Origin: Candidatus Poribacteria bacterium
GTDB lineage: Bacteria; Poribacteria; WGA-4E; PCPOR2b
Assembly: GCA_965208675.1 (NCBI GenBank)
Contig: OZ242351.1
Location: 3,968,001-4,032,000 of the forward strand
Length of the DNA: 64,000 bases
Direction: 5' to 3'
In this document: positions 1 to 10,861 of the stretch, piece by piece
Layout of the letters: every line of letters starts with the position of its first letter
How positions within the stretch are numbered: the first letter of the stretch is position 1
The notes under the pieces: model-generated
Seen by the model: the letters and a program-made list of their open reading frames with translations, nothing else
Database searches by the model: none
What the model was told of the DNA's origin: nothing
Translations under genes and position numbers: made by a program

Positions 1-755
1 CCATCAAAGGCAAATCCCACGTCAGCGCCTTCCGCAACAACACGCTGTTGCAATTCGGCGCGGTTTTCGGGTTGGAGCGGATCGAGCCCATGATTCGGCA
101 AACTGCCGTCAGGTTCCAGATACATCCCAATTAAGTTGATTGAAGGAAGACATCGGTAAATCTGCTTGAGAATCGGCCCCACAACACCATTGCCGGTATC
201 AACGATGACCTTGAACCGTGAGAGTGCATCCACATCAATCAAACTCAAAACCTTTTCCACGAATTCTTCTCTCAAGTCCTCGTAAGTCATTCTGCCTCGG
301 TGAGTCGGTTTCGGAAACTGCTCCGCTGCAATAATTCGCTGTATTTCTTGAATCCCTTCATCGCCGCTCAGAAGTTGGGGCATCTTTTTCACCATTTTGA
401 ATCCGCTATACTGGGCGGGGTTATGAGATGCTGTCACCACGATGCCTGGGAGTCCTAGTGTTGCGCAGGCATGGTAATATTGGTCTGTGCTGACCATGCC
501 AATGTTTATAACATCTGCCCCCTGCTCCATCAAACCGCATGCTAATGCTTCAGACATTTGCGGACTTGAAAGACGCATATCGCGCCCAACGATAACTTTG
601 CCAACTTTGACGTAACTTACAAAGGCGCGGCCAATTGAATAGGCGATGTCTTCATTTAAGTCAACAGGGTAAATTCCCCGGATATCATACGCTTTGAAAA
701 TATCAGGATTCGCTCGCATTTTAACGGCTTTTGGGTTTTTGTCGGTATGGGGCAA
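1..755 (-). CDS. Phosphomannomutase/phosphoglucomutase (runs off the window edge)
   Basis: Hand translation of the minus strand gives MRANPDIFKAYDIRG, VGRDMRLSS, VTASHNPAQYSGFK and VIVDTGNG. Start is TTG at 755 after AAGGAG, or ATG at 719. Confidence 0.9.
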   Translation of the reverse strand, partial: MPHTDKNPKAVKMRANPDIFKAYDIRGIYPVDLNEDIAYSIGRAFVSYVKVGKVIVGRDMRLSSPQMSEALACGLMEQGADVINIGMVSTDQYYHACATLGLPGIVVTASHNPAQYSGFKMVKKMPQLLSGDEGIQEIQRIIAAEQFPKPTHRGRMTYEDLREEFVEKVLSLIDVDALSRFKVIVDTGNGVVGPILKQIYRCLPSINLIGMYLEPDGSLPNHGLDPLQPENRAELQQRVVAEGADVGFAFD

Positions 756-846
756 TAACTCCTTCGAACTGCTATGACGCATCTGCAATACTATTACCAG
801 TGAGTTTTTGCCCCGTGAAATCTCACGCAAATTAGAGAGGACATCA

Positions 847-2040
847 ATGACAATTCAAGTTGTTAAACCCCGAATTCGAGGTTTTATTGGTACCAACGCA
901 CACCCAACCGGGTGCAGAAAAAATGTACAGAATCAGATTGACTTTATCACAGAAAGCGTTACGCCAAAACAATTGGATTTCAACGTACTCATTGTCGGCG
1001 CGACGGGTGGATATGGTTTAGCCTCCCGCATTGCATTAACATGGAGCTACGGCGCAAAAACAGTTGGCGTTTTTTTTGAGCGTGCACCTGATGAGAAGCG
1101 GACTGCGACCGCGGGCTACTATGACTCGGCCGCCTTCCATCAACTGGCACGGGAGAACGGCCTCTTCGCCGATAGCATCAATGGCGATGCATTTTCCAAT
1201 GACATCAAACGAGACACTATAAATCGCGTCAAGCGCAATATGGGCAAAATTGATTTGCTGGTTTATAGCATCGCGGCGCCGAGGCGTATCCACCCGCATA
1301 CAGGTGCCGAACATCGGTCAGTCCTAAAACCAATCGGTCGTTCTTACGTGGGTAAAACTATAGATTTGCAGCGTGAAACCGTCACCCTAGTCACCGTGGA
1401 ACCCGCAAATGAGCAGGAGATTTCAGATACCACTGCAGTAATGGGCGGCGCGGATTTGGAGTTATGGGTTGAGGCACTTCTCACCGAGAATCTTCTTGCA
1501 TCGGAATCTACAGTTGTGGCTTATTCCTACATTGGCCCCGAACTCACATGGCCAATCTATCGCAGTGGAACGATTGGTAGGGCAAAAGAGGATCTCGCAA
1601 ACTCCATCAATAATCTGGATCGTCAACTCAGTAACAAACTGGGCGGCCATGCCTACATATCGGTCAATAAAGCCGTAGTTACCCAAGCATCAGCGGCAAT
1701 TCCAGTGGTGCCGCTGTACATCAGCGTGCTCTACGATATCATGAATGCAAAGGGGATTAACGAAGATCCGGTTGCTCAGATGGCTCGGCTTTTCAACCAA
1801 CACCTAGGTCCTAATCAGACGCCGACGCTCGACGCCGATCGGCTAATCCGACTCGATGATCGGGAACTGCGTCCGGACGTAACCGAGGAGGTAATGCGTC
1901 GATGGGAGATGATAAACACAGACAATTTCCGCAATCTCTCTGACTACGATGGGTTTAAACGCGGCTTACGCAACCTGTTCGGTTTTGATGTCGAAGGTGT
2001 AAAATACGATGAAGCCGTGGAAACTGACGTTAAGTTTTAA
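847..2040 (+). CDS. fabV: Enoyl-ACP reductase FabV / trans-2-enoyl-CoA reductase
   Basis: Motifs RGFIGTNAHPTGC, GATGGYGLASRI, INGDAFS, YSYIGP, catalytic Y-x8-K (YRSGTIGRAK) and VTQASAAIP. ATG 847 follows GAGAGG (ORF open from 808). Confidence 0.92.
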   Translation: MTIQVVKPRIRGFIGTNAHPTGCRKNVQNQIDFITESVTPKQLDFNVLIVGATGGYGLASRIALTWSYGAKTVGVFFERAPDEKRTATAGYYDSAAFHQLARENGLFADSINGDAFSNDIKRDTINRVKRNMGKIDLLVYSIAAPRRIHPHTGAEHRSVLKPIGRSYVGKTIDLQRETVTLVTVEPANEQEISDTTAVMGGADLELWVEALLTENLLASESTVVAYSYIGPELTWPIYRSGTIGRAKEDLANSINNLDRQLSNKLGGHAYISVNKAVVTQASAAIPVVPLYISVLYDIMNAKGINEDPVAQMARLFNQHLGPNQTPTLDADRLIRLDDRELRPDVTEEVMRRWEMINTDNFRNLSDYDGFKRGLRNLFGFDVEGVKYDEAVETDVKF

Positions 2041-2319
2041 GGTAGACCAAACAAGTTTCAGAATCACAATACATTATTTCCAATCGAGCACAGCCCGTAT
2101 CCACTGCATAGGCTGAGTTGCAACTGAAATGTGAAGGATTGGGGATTCGCTCGACTGCTGCAAGAAGACTGAGGCGGGGAATTGGTTAGCAGGATTAAAT
2201 CTGAAATCTTATAGACCGTCATTAATTATGATGGCGTCAGCCGCGGAGACTATTTCCTCGCCGCATGTTCCGGCTGCTTCGTTCATTCTACAAATGCGGA
2301 AGTCACATGCTCAAGGCAT

Positions 2320-3342
2320 TTAGCCCTTAATATCAATAACAATCCGCGCGTCCGCACCGCCGCTTCTCATAAATTCAAGTGCTTCATTCGCTTCGTCAAG
2401 CGGAAAGGTTCTCGTAATTGGCGGTTCGATGATACCTTCAGCAAGCATCTCTATGGAGTCGGCAATGTCTTGTTTGGAACCGTTGCGGCTTCCAATAATC
2501 TCTAATTCTCGCTGCGCAATTTGAATCGTGTCAATCTCAGGAAATTCAGGCTCTTCTCCAATGACGATAATTTGTCCTTGCCGCATGAGGTAGTCCGCAC
2601 TCTGTTTCATGGTTGAAGCAGTGCCAACACAATCGAATACGCACTGGGCGCCAGTGCCGCCCGCAAACTCCCGAATCTTGTCCGTTGTGTCTGGAGCGTT
2701 AGCCTTGAGGGCAAGTTGCGCGCCAAGTTGCATAGCGAGGTCGAGTTTCCCTTGAGAACGGCTCGTTGCGACAGTTTTCACGCCCGCCCTGACAAGAATG
2801 GGGATTAAACTCTGCGCAACACCGCCTGCGCCAATCACCACAGCGGTGTCATTGGGTCCCAATCGTGCACGCCGAAATCCGTGCACTGCCGTAATGACAG
2901 CGCAACTGATTAGGCCGCCTGTTTCGAAAGGTACATTATCGGGCAACGTGAACAGGTTTTCTCCGGGCACCACAAAATACTCCGCAAAGGCACCGTTCAC
3001 AAGCACACCTACAAGCCCTTGCAAGTCGGCGCACTGGGCATCCTGACCAATCCGGCAATAATAGCATTCCCCGCAGGTGATAAATAGATGGGGTACGACG
3101 CGTTGTCCCACCTCCAACCCGGTTACGTTTTCACCCACTGCTGCCACAGTCCCTGCAGGTTCATGGCCCGGTATGTGCGGGAGTTCAGGGATATATGCCA
3201 ATCCGTCATAGACGTGTAGGTCTGTGCGGCAAATCCCGCAAGATTTGGTTTCCACCAATACTTCGTCCGGACCAATCTCCGGTGTTGGAACTTCTTCGAT
3301 TCGCAATGGTTTTCCAATTTCGTGTAATACTGCGGCTTTCAT
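2320..3342 (-). CDS. Zn-dependent alcohol dehydrogenase (MDR family)
   Basis: CRTDLH, GHE, CGECYYC..C structural Zn site, GAGGV. Confidence 0.9.
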   Translation of the reverse strand: MKAAVLHEIGKPLRIEEVPTPEIGPDEVLVETKSCGICRTDLHVYDGLAYIPELPHIPGHEPAGTVAAVGENVTGLEVGQRVVPHLFITCGECYYCRIGQDAQCADLQGLVGVLVNGAFAEYFVVPGENLFTLPDNVPFETGGLISCAVITAVHGFRRARLGPNDTAVVIGAGGVAQSLIPILVRAGVKTVATSRSQGKLDLAMQLGAQLALKANAPDTTDKIREFAGGTGAQCVFDCVGTASTMKQSADYLMRQGQIIVIGEEPEFPEIDTIQIAQRELEIIGSRNGSKQDIADSIEMLAEGIIEPPITRTFPLDEANEALEFMRSGGADARIVIDIKG

Positions 3343-3664
3343 GTAGTCTCCATTTATAAAATCAAGTGACCTCTCTCCCCAATTTGGGAAAGGGAACGAA
3401 TAGAATTGTGTGGGTAACTGATTTGGATGTGGTCCTACCTGTTGAGAACCATTACAGAGTGCAACTATCCGGTTTGCTTAGGTCTCGTGAGAAAAAAGTG
3501 GTGGGGTGAAACGGCTGCCAGCAGAGGAATCGGTAGGAGCATCAGGATCACGAGGTTTTTGTAGCAAATGGCTATGAAAAGTGCTGGCGTACTTCTCGGA
3601 CGCTGGACAACGCCCGCCTAACTCGTTACTCTGCACGCTTTTGGTTTTCGTTGCTTGAAATTAA

Positions 3665-3688
3665 GGGGGCACGATGTACCCGTGCCCC
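3665..3688. terminator. Hairpin after the LamG cluster (terminator or REP-like)
   Basis: GGGGCACG-atgtacc-CGTGCCCC about 40 nt past the stop of 3727..4518. Confidence 0.5.
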
Positions 3689-3726
3689 TCAATTTCAAAA
3701 ATGCTGAAACACCTTAGAACTACAAC

Positions 3727-4518
3727 CTACTTCAGAGCCTTAAGGTGCCCCCAAGTCGTAGCCGCTTTTCCAGATCGATCGACAGCAGTTGCACCGCCGA
3801 TGTGCGCCATGATTCCATCGTTCATCAGCGCGCTAATTTCATCCGCGCCGAGCACCGCATTGAATATTGCGAACTCATCTACGGCACCAGCGAACGAGTT
3901 ACCCAGTCTGCCGCCAATATGAAAATTCGCTTCTCCGTTCTCAAAGGCGGCCGAAGTGTCTCCACTGCTCGCTTCCTCACCGTTCCTAAAAATCGCCATT
4001 CGATTTTCAGCAACGCTGTGGGTAAATGCCCAGTGTTCCCATGAGCCGACTATAGAGTCGTCGATTCCAGCCGGTGCAATCCCCGTAAAAGGCGATCCAA
4101 ACTGCCAATGAACCGCATTATCCCACGGCATGTGCGATGTGACGCGGCCGCGGTTGCCTACCTCAAGCGGCTCAAGACTGAAGTAGTCTTGGTTTACCAG
4201 CTCGTCTATGCGCGCCCAACCTAAGATTGTTATTTCCTCTGAAGGAATAATATTTCCAAATCCGGTAATCTGGACGGTATCACCGAGGCCTGGAAAATCG
4301 ACAGCCATGCCGTGCTTACCGGAAATCCATTCGGCACCGCCGGATAGTTCGCCGTGATGGTCATTTCCCGATGCGTCATTGGTGTCTCCATCAAGCAGCC
4401 AAGCGCCAACTAGCGAATCGGGGTTCTTAAGGGCATCACCGTGCCCAACCAATATCAACCCAAAAATCACGACACTAACAACAAACGCAAAGCCAAGTTT
4501 TGCTTTGATGTCATACAT
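3727..4518 (-). CDS. Secreted LamG/concanavalin-A-like protein, copy 1
   Basis: Signal peptide, DASGNDHHG, WEHWAFT, FAGAVDEFAIFNAVL, C-terminal AVDRSGKAATTWGHLK. Confidence 0.85.
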   Translation of the reverse strand: MYDIKAKLGFAFVVSVVIFGLILVGHGDALKNPDSLVGAWLLDGDTNDASGNDHHGELSGGAEWISGKHGMAVDFPGLGDTVQITGFGNIIPSEEITILGWARIDELVNQDYFSLEPLEVGNRGRVTSHMPWDNAVHWQFGSPFTGIAPAGIDDSIVGSWEHWAFTHSVAENRMAIFRNGEEASSGDTSAAFENGEANFHIGGRLGNSFAGAVDEFAIFNAVLGADEISALMNDGIMAHIGGATAVDRSGKAATTWGHLKALK

Positions 4519-4541
4519 TAATTACAACCTCCATTACGGTT

Positions 4542-4581
4542 TTCCGTTCTCTTCAGAACTCGCGTTCTGAAGAGAACGGAA
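4542..4581 (-). promoter_or_regulatory. Perfect 18-bp-stem hairpin in the leader of LamG copy 1
   Basis: TTCCGTTCTCTTCAGAAC-tcgc-GTTCTGAAGAGAACGGAA just upstream of the GGAGG RBS; homologous hairpins precede copies 2 and 3. Confidence 0.7.
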
Positions 4582-4638
4582 CGGGTTTATGCTAACATCA
4601 ACAATGCGACGTTGCTGATATACCTACAAAGCTACAGC

Positions 4639-5430
4639 CTATTTCAGAGCCTTAAGGTGCCCCCAAGTCGTAGCCGCTTTTCCAGACCGATCGACAGCGG
4701 TTGCACCGCCGATGTGCGCCATAATTCCATCGTTCATCAGTGCGCTGATTTCATCGGCGCCGAGAACTGCATTGAATATTGCGAACTCATCTACGGCACC
4801 AGCGAACGAGTTACCTAGTCTGCCGCCAATATGAAAATTCGCTTCTCCGTTCTCAAAGGCGGCCGAAGTGTCTCCACTGCTCGCTTCCTCACCGTTCCTA
4901 AAAATCGCCATTCGATTTTCAGCAACGCTGTGGGTAAATGCCCAGTGTTCCCATGAGCCGACTATAGAGTCGTCGATTCCAGCCGGTGCAATCCCCGTAA
5001 AAGGCGATCCAAACTGCCAATGAACCGCATTATCCCACGGCATGTGCGATGTGACGCGGCCGCGGTTGCCTACCTCAAGCGGCTCAAGACTGAAGTAGTC
5101 TTGGTTTACCAGCTCGTCTATGCGCGCCCAACCTAAGATTGTTATTTCCTCTGAAGGAATAATATTTCCAAATCCGGTAATCTGGACGGTATCACCGAGG
5201 CCTGGAAAATCGACAGCCATGCCGTGCTTACCGGAAATCCATTCGGCACCGCCGGATAGCTCGCCGTGATGGTCATTTCCCGATGCGTCATTGGTGTCTC
5301 CATCAAGCAGCCAAGCGCCAACTAGCGAATCGGGGTTCTTAAGGGCATCACCGTGCCCAACCACTATCAGCCCAAAAACGACTAAACTGATAATACACCC
5401 GAAGGTGAGTCTTGATTTGATGCTATACAT
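4639..5430 (-). CDS. Secreted LamG-like protein, copy 2
   Basis: Mature protein identical to copy 1; different signal peptide. Confidence 0.85.
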   Translation of the reverse strand: MYSIKSRLTFGCIISLVVFGLIVVGHGDALKNPDSLVGAWLLDGDTNDASGNDHHGELSGGAEWISGKHGMAVDFPGLGDTVQITGFGNIIPSEEITILGWARIDELVNQDYFSLEPLEVGNRGRVTSHMPWDNAVHWQFGSPFTGIAPAGIDDSIVGSWEHWAFTHSVAENRMAIFRNGEEASSGDTSAAFENGEANFHIGGRLGNSFAGAVDEFAIFNAVLGADEISALMNDGIMAHIGGATAVDRSGKAATTWGHLKALK

Positions 5431-5566
5431 ATGTAAAACCCTCCATATCTGTTTTCCATTAACTTCAGAACGCTAGTTCTGACGATAACAGAGATTCTAC
5501 TTAAATCCAACAATGTTGAAACTTTATTCCTCGTAACAACTATCGCGGCCTACCTTGAGCCAAAAC

Positions 5567-6394
5567 CTATTCCAGAACTTTCAGGTTTGCCCATGTTGTA
5601 GCCGCCTTTCCAGACGGTTCGACAGCAATACCGCCATTTCCGCCTGCGATGTGCGCCATGAGTCCATCGTTCATTAGCGCGTTAATTTCTTCGCCGTCGA
5701 GGACGCCACTAAAAATTGCGAAATCATCAATGGCGCCAGCGAAAGAGATATATTCTTCCCCATGCGTACCTAGCCTGCCGCCGATGTGAAAATTTGCCTC
5801 ACCCGGTATAAAGGCTTTAAAGGCCTGTTGGTTGAGTGCTTCCTCGCCGTTTTTATAAACTGCCATGAATTTCCCAGCGACGCTGTGGATAAATGCCCAG
5901 TGGTTCCATTCGCCGACAGCAGAATCGTCGATACTTACGTCAGCCGTGGGGAAAATACCTGTAAATGGCGTTCCGAATTGCCAATGGACTTTGTTATCCC
6001 AGGGCATGTGCGTTGTTACACGGCCTTGCTCACCAACATGAAGCGGCTCAAAACTGAAAAAGTCTTGATTCCTTATCTTGTCAATTCGCGCCCACGAAAT
6101 AATCGTTATTTCCTCTGTAGGCATAACGTTTCCAAAACCGGTAATCTGGATTGTATCCCCATCGCCCGGAAGACCGGCAGCCATTCCGAACTTCCCGGAA
6201 ATCCATTCGGGTGCTCCGGTTAATTCTCCGTGATAATCATTCCCCGATGAATCGTTGGCGTCGCCATCAAGCAACCAAGCCCCCACAACAGATTCTGGGT
6301 CTTTGAGGGCATCACTTTGCCCTACTAGTATCAATCCGAAAACAACGAAGCTGAAAATACACCCGAAGGCGAATTTTGCTTTGATGTTATACAT
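5567..6394 (-). CDS. Secreted LamG-like protein, copy 3 (diverged paralog)
   Basis: Same architecture; ends AVEPSGKAATTWANLK. Confidence 0.85.
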   Translation of the reverse strand: MYNIKAKFAFGCIFSFVVFGLILVGQSDALKDPESVVGAWLLDGDANDSSGNDYHGELTGAPEWISGKFGMAAGLPGDGDTIQITGFGNVMPTEEITIISWARIDKIRNQDFFSFEPLHVGEQGRVTTHMPWDNKVHWQFGTPFTGIFPTADVSIDDSAVGEWNHWAFIHSVAGKFMAVYKNGEEALNQQAFKAFIPGEANFHIGGRLGTHGEEYISFAGAIDDFAIFSGVLDGEEINALMNDGLMAHIAGGNGGIAVEPSGKAATTWANLKVLE

Positions 6395-6570
6395 CTAAAC
6401 TACCTCCATCATCGTTTTCCGCTCTCATTGGTAAGTCAGTTCTGGCCGAAAACGGAAATTACCTTAAGACCAACAATGTTAAAATCTATATTGTTCGCAA
6501 TTATTCGCAGCGGCACAAGAAATGTGCCCTACGGAATTCTAGACATACCCACTCGAAATATACAAAAAAC

Positions 6571-6599
6571 AGTATAAATGAAAAAGAAAAAATTGTCAA
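6571..6599 (-). promoter_or_regulatory. Sigma70 promoter for the LamG cluster
   Basis: Minus strand TTGACA-17 nt-TATACT. Confidence 0.7.
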
Positions 6600-6974
6600 C
6601 AGGAATTATTTTCCTGCCGCACAAAAATTCACGTGGTTCTCTCGGTGCTTAAATCGAAATCTACAATCTACATTACACTTGCCTTTATAGGCGTTAAAAT
6701 CTCACTGTCGGTGCGCCCAAGCATTCTACTGAAGTCATATTCCGTTTGACGCCGCCTGTAATATTTCGAATGAAAACTAGTCAGCCGCTTTGAATTAAAC
6801 GTCCGATTCCCATCATCGTTTCGTAGATATTCACTAATCATTACAGAAATAACCTGAAGGCGATTTTTCCAGTCCATCGCGGCGGGTGGGACAATATAAA
6901 ACCTCTCGACCGGTAATCGGATCTGTGTCTGAATCTGCCGCGCCAGTCGAGCGACAATTTCATCCCCGTCCTTT

Positions 6975-8012
6975 TTATCCGGTCTCTACCATGACGGGGG
7001 TTTTGGAGAAGGGAATCTGCCGGGGATAATTGACGAGAGGGGCGCCCATACCGTCAAAACTGATTTCGATGCGATCACCGGTTTGGAAGGTCGGCCGATT
7101 GGGGAAGGCGAGTTTCATCGTTCCGAAGAAATGGACATGGACATCCCATGGGCGGCGAAAATGCGAATACTTGAAATGGTGGTCCTCTAGGTTTGCAAGG
7201 CTATGGCTCATATGACTCTCGCCCGTAAGCAATTTGCCGGAATCGTAAAGTATTTCTTCACCCCGTGTGATGCGGCAGCTGCCTTCGATGTCATTGAAAT
7301 CTTTATCCGTGATTAACTCAGGTCCGACAGCGCATACGCGCATTTTAGACGGCGCCAACCAAAGGTAATTCTCTCGTTCCATTGGGTGATCTGCCCATTC
7401 ATTCCCGATCGCAAACCCTATCCGACAAGGAATGCCATCGTCGTCAATCACATAGCAGCCGACGATTTCAGGTTCTTCGCCGCCATCCTCAGTAAAGTCT
7501 GGGATATCAAGAAAGTCGTTGTGGCCCCGCAGGAAGACGCCGGTCCCTTTATAAAACCATTCTGGCTGAACGCCGCGGACACCTGCATCGGGCTTGCCGC
7601 CCTTTAATCCCATCTCGAACATCTTTTCCGAATCGGTCTTAACGGACTCATTTTCTTCATCGTCAGCGATATGCATCTCGGCGCGTTTTTCCATGCTTCC
7701 CATGTGCGTTAAACCCGTACCCGAAATCAAACAGTGGCTTGGGTCTGGATGGTCAATCGGTGGAAGAATCCAGCCATTTGCGTCCCCTTTACGGGCTTTT
7801 AGCAGCTCACTGTATGGCACCACATCAGCCTTGCGCGTAGAAACATCGGCGAGGTACGCACTAATGGTCCTGCGTCTCCGGCGAGCTTCCTGGAAGAGCG
7901 TATGAATGTACCTCCATTCCTTGTTGACGCTGGTCAAGTCAACGATTTTATCATCTTCAATATACCCAATCCGCCTTCCTTTTTCAGATAACCAAAATTG
8001 AATAAGTCTCAT
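6975..8012 (-). CDS. AraD1/GguC family (FAH superfamily) protein
   Basis: ISGTGLTHMGS, QPEWFYKG, DGGEEPE, NYLWLAPSK, HSLANLEDHHFKY, HVHFFGT. Confidence 0.85.
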   Translation of the reverse strand: MRLIQFWLSEKGRRIGYIEDDKIVDLTSVNKEWRYIHTLFQEARRRRRTISAYLADVSTRKADVVPYSELLKARKGDANGWILPPIDHPDPSHCLISGTGLTHMGSMEKRAEMHIADDEENESVKTDSEKMFEMGLKGGKPDAGVRGVQPEWFYKGTGVFLRGHNDFLDIPDFTEDGGEEPEIVGCYVIDDDGIPCRIGFAIGNEWADHPMERENYLWLAPSKMRVCAVGPELITDKDFNDIEGSCRITRGEEILYDSGKLLTGESHMSHSLANLEDHHFKYSHFRRPWDVHVHFFGTMKLAFPNRPTFQTGDRIEISFDGMGAPLVNYPRQIPFSKTPVMVETG

Positions 8013-8178
8013 GTCAATCTTCCTTTTGCTAGTTCACTCGAGGCGTTTATTTAGTCTTTCTCTATTTTCTTACCTAAAAACTGTCAAGGCTCTAATTTTA
8101 ACCGGATGGCGGCGGTGCAATGCATGAATTCACATCCGATCTTGTATGACAGAGTGTCAACCTTGCGAAGGTCGGCTA

Positions 8179-9330
8179 TCAAGCCAAGATTTCCTTGATT
8201 GTGTCAATAACAGCTATGATGTCCTCTTCCGTCAATCCGGGATGCATCGGCAAACTAACGACACGCTTGAAGGCTGCCTCGGCGTGGGGAAAATCACCCT
8301 TCTGATACCCGTATCTTTGCTGGTAAAATGGAAAAAGATGTAGAGGGATGTAATGGACGCCGCATTCGATTTTAGCCTCGTGCATTGCATCAATGAATTC
8401 ATCACGGCAAATCTTCAATCTTGATGTACGCAACTGGATTATGTAAAGATGCCAAGCATGGCGGCTTGCTGCCTGTTCCTTGGGCGTAATGATATTAGGA
8501 AGTTCTCGAAGTGCCGAAGTATAAATTTCGGCGTACCGGCTGCGAAGTTCACGTTGCTTCTCAATCTTTAGGAGTTGGCACAATCCCATCGCCGCCTGAA
8601 TATCGGTCATATTATATTTATAACCTTGAGAGACAACTTCGTAATACCATGTGCGCTGTTCCCGCCGTCGCGCCCACGAATCTTTACTCATTCCGTGGTA
8701 GAAACTCCGCTTAATGGCTGTCGCGAATCGATCGCTGTTGGTGGTAATCATGCCGCCTTCGCCGGTTGCTAAATTTTTATTGGCGTAAAAACTAAAGGTT
8801 GACACATTACCAATGGATCCGATGCGATGCCCATTATAATCTGCCGGGATTGCATGCGCCGCGTCGTCAATAAGCACGAGGTCGTGTTTTCGGCAAATTT
8901 GCAGAAGCCTGTCCATGTCGCAGGGCAATCCTGCAATATGCACGGGAATAATTGCTTTCGTCTGCCGCGTGATAGACGCCTCAATTGCGCCAACATCAAT
9001 GTTCAACGTTTCCGGATCAATATCAACAAAGACGGGTTTCGCACGTGTATAGCCAATTGCTTCTGCCGTCGCGGTAAAGGTGTATGGCGTTGTAATCACT
9101 TCATCCCCCTCTCCGACGTCTGCTGCAATTAGCGAAAGGTGTAATCCAGCAGTGCAAGAACTCACCGCCAACGCGTGCTTTACACCGATGTATTCAGCAA
9201 ACCGCTGTTCAAACTCCGCGGTTTTTGGTCCCGTACTGATCCATTTGGAAGCAAGTACCTCGCTCACTGCTTCGATTTCGGCTTCATCAATCCATGGACG
9301 GCATAACGGTATGAATTTGTCCGATGCCAT
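8179..9330 (-). CDS. DegT/DnrJ/EryC1/StrS PLP aminotransferase
   Basis: VSSCTAGLHL, DDAAHA, FSFYANKNLATGEGG, GYKYNMTD. Confidence 0.92.
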   Translation of the reverse strand: MASDKFIPLCRPWIDEAEIEAVSEVLASKWISTGPKTAEFEQRFAEYIGVKHALAVSSCTAGLHLSLIAADVGEGDEVITTPYTFTATAEAIGYTRAKPVFVDIDPETLNIDVGAIEASITRQTKAIIPVHIAGLPCDMDRLLQICRKHDLVLIDDAAHAIPADYNGHRIGSIGNVSTFSFYANKNLATGEGGMITTNSDRFATAIKRSFYHGMSKDSWARRREQRTWYYEVVSQGYKYNMTDIQAAMGLCQLLKIEKQRELRSRYAEIYTSALRELPNIITPKEQAASRHAWHLYIIQLRTSRLKICRDEFIDAMHEAKIECGVHYIPLHLFPFYQQRYGYQKGDFPHAEAAFKRVVSLPMHPGLTEEDIIAVIDTIKEILA

Positions 9331-9414
9331 AGCGCTTCCTCTTAGGGAATAGTCAAATATCTGTGATTGCAGGGAATGGAAGGAGAGGAATGTACGTCTT
9401 CTGTTTATGCTGTT

Positions 9415-10128
9415 TCACGGTTGACCAATGCGCATTTGTAGGTGTTTTTTCAACTTTTCCAGCGCCTTTGCCCGGTGGCTAATCCGATTTTTAACATCCA
9501 CTCCCAACTCGGCGAAGGTTTTGTCATAACCAACCGGTACAAAAATGGGGTCATATCCAAAACCCTGCAGTCCACGCGGAGAACGAATAAGCCTTCCCTC
9601 ACAAACGCCGATGACAACGTGTGTCTGGCCGGTCGGTGCGGCGAGCGCGATTGCACATTTAAAACGCGCAGTTCGATGACTGTCGGCCACATCTTTAAGA
9701 GCGTCGAGCAGCTTTTTGATTCTTGCTGCATCGGACGCATATTCGCCGGCATATCGCGCGGTATGGATGCCGGGCGCACCGTGGAGCGCGTCTGCCTCCA
9801 GCCCCGAATCGTCGGCTAGAGCAAAATACCCCGTATGTTCAGCAAGCGCAGTTGCTTTCTTAACTGCATTTTCCTGATACGTTTCGCCATCCTCAACCAC
9901 TTCGGGCGTATCAGGTACATCATCGAGCGACAGAACATCAATCTCATTTTGATTGTTCAACCCAGTACGGCCACCCTGCGCTAACTGAGGTCGTTGTATC
10001 GCTCGATTTACATCTGAATCGAAAATCGACACTATTCCCGCCGCATCACGGGGAGAATTCATGTCGGTAAACATGGCTTGGAGTTCTCTTACTTTGCCGC
10101 GATTATGGGTCGCCAAGACTAACTTCAT
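9415..10128 (-). CDS. rdgB: RdgB/HAM1 non-canonical purine NTP pyrophosphatase
   Basis: [31 protein letters not shown]; overlaps the rph stop; carries an extra N-terminal loop. Confidence 0.92.
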   Translation of the reverse strand: MKLVLATHNRGKVRELQAMFTDMNSPRDAAGIVSIFDSDVNRAIQRPQLAQGGRTGLNNQNEIDVLSLDDVPDTPEVVEDGETYQENAVKKATALAEHTGYFALADDSGLEADALHGAPGIHTARYAGEYASDAARIKKLLDALKDVADSHRTARFKCAIALAAPTGQTHVVIGVCEGRLIRSPRGLQGFGYDPIFVPVGYDKTFAELGVDVKNRISHRAKALEKLKKHLQMRIGQP

Positions 10129-10861
10129 TTAACTTTTCTACCATCAGCCGATTTTGTAACCGGATGAGTTTTTGAATGCCATCCGTAGCAAGATCCAACA
10201 TCTCATTCGATTCTTCCCTAGAGAAAGGCGTTTCCTCTGCTGTTCCTTGGATTTCGACAAATTTCCCTTTCCCGGTCATGACAATGTTCATATCAACTGC
10301 AGCTGTTGCGTCCTCTGTATAACGAAGATCCAGCATCGGCGTGCCATCGATAATTCCAACACTAATTGCGGCCACATTTTCACGGATTGGAAGTGACTTT
10401 ATCATTTTTCGATTTACCAGTTTCTGGCAAGCATCCCACAGCGCAATAAATGCGCCGGTAATTGAGGCGGTGCGCGTCCCGCCATCGGCTTGAATCACAT
10501 CGCAATCAACCCAGATTGTCCGCTCGCCAAGTGCGCGCAAATCTACAACTGCTCGTAAGGAGCGTCCAATCAGCCGTTGAATCTCATGAGTACGGCCGCC
10601 GACCGATCCGCGGGTGACCTCACGCTGGGAACGGTCGGACGTCGAGCGCGGCAGCATTGCATATTCTGCCGTGACCCAGCCTTTCCCCTGCATCTGCTGT
10701 TCGCGCATGAAGCGGGGTTGTCGTTCGTCCACCGACGCCGTGCAAATCACTTTTGTATCTCCAATCGAGATTAAGACCGATCCTTCCGGATGTTTAATGA
10801 AATCACGAGTTATGGTAACAGGACGCATTTGATTGGGGCTGCGCGCATCTACTCTTGTCAT
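10103..10861 (-). CDS. rph: Ribonuclease PH
   Basis: [45 protein letters not shown]. Confidence 0.97.
   Translation of the reverse strand: MTRVDARSPNQMRPVTITRDFIKHPEGSVLISIGDTKVICTASVDERQPRFMREQQMQGKGWVTAEYAMLPRSTSDRSQREVTRGSVGGRTHEIQRLIGRSLRAVVDLRALGERTIWVDCDVIQADGGTRTASITGAFIALWDACQKLVNRKMIKSLPIRENVAAISVGIIDGTPMLDLRYTEDATAAVDMNIVMTGKGKFVEIQGTAEETPFSREESNEMLDLATDGIQKLIRLQNRLMVEKLNEVSLGDP

Noticed and set aside
6668-6965. Small ORFs downstream of araD1
   Set aside because: No recognisable motifs and competing frames, so none can be supported.
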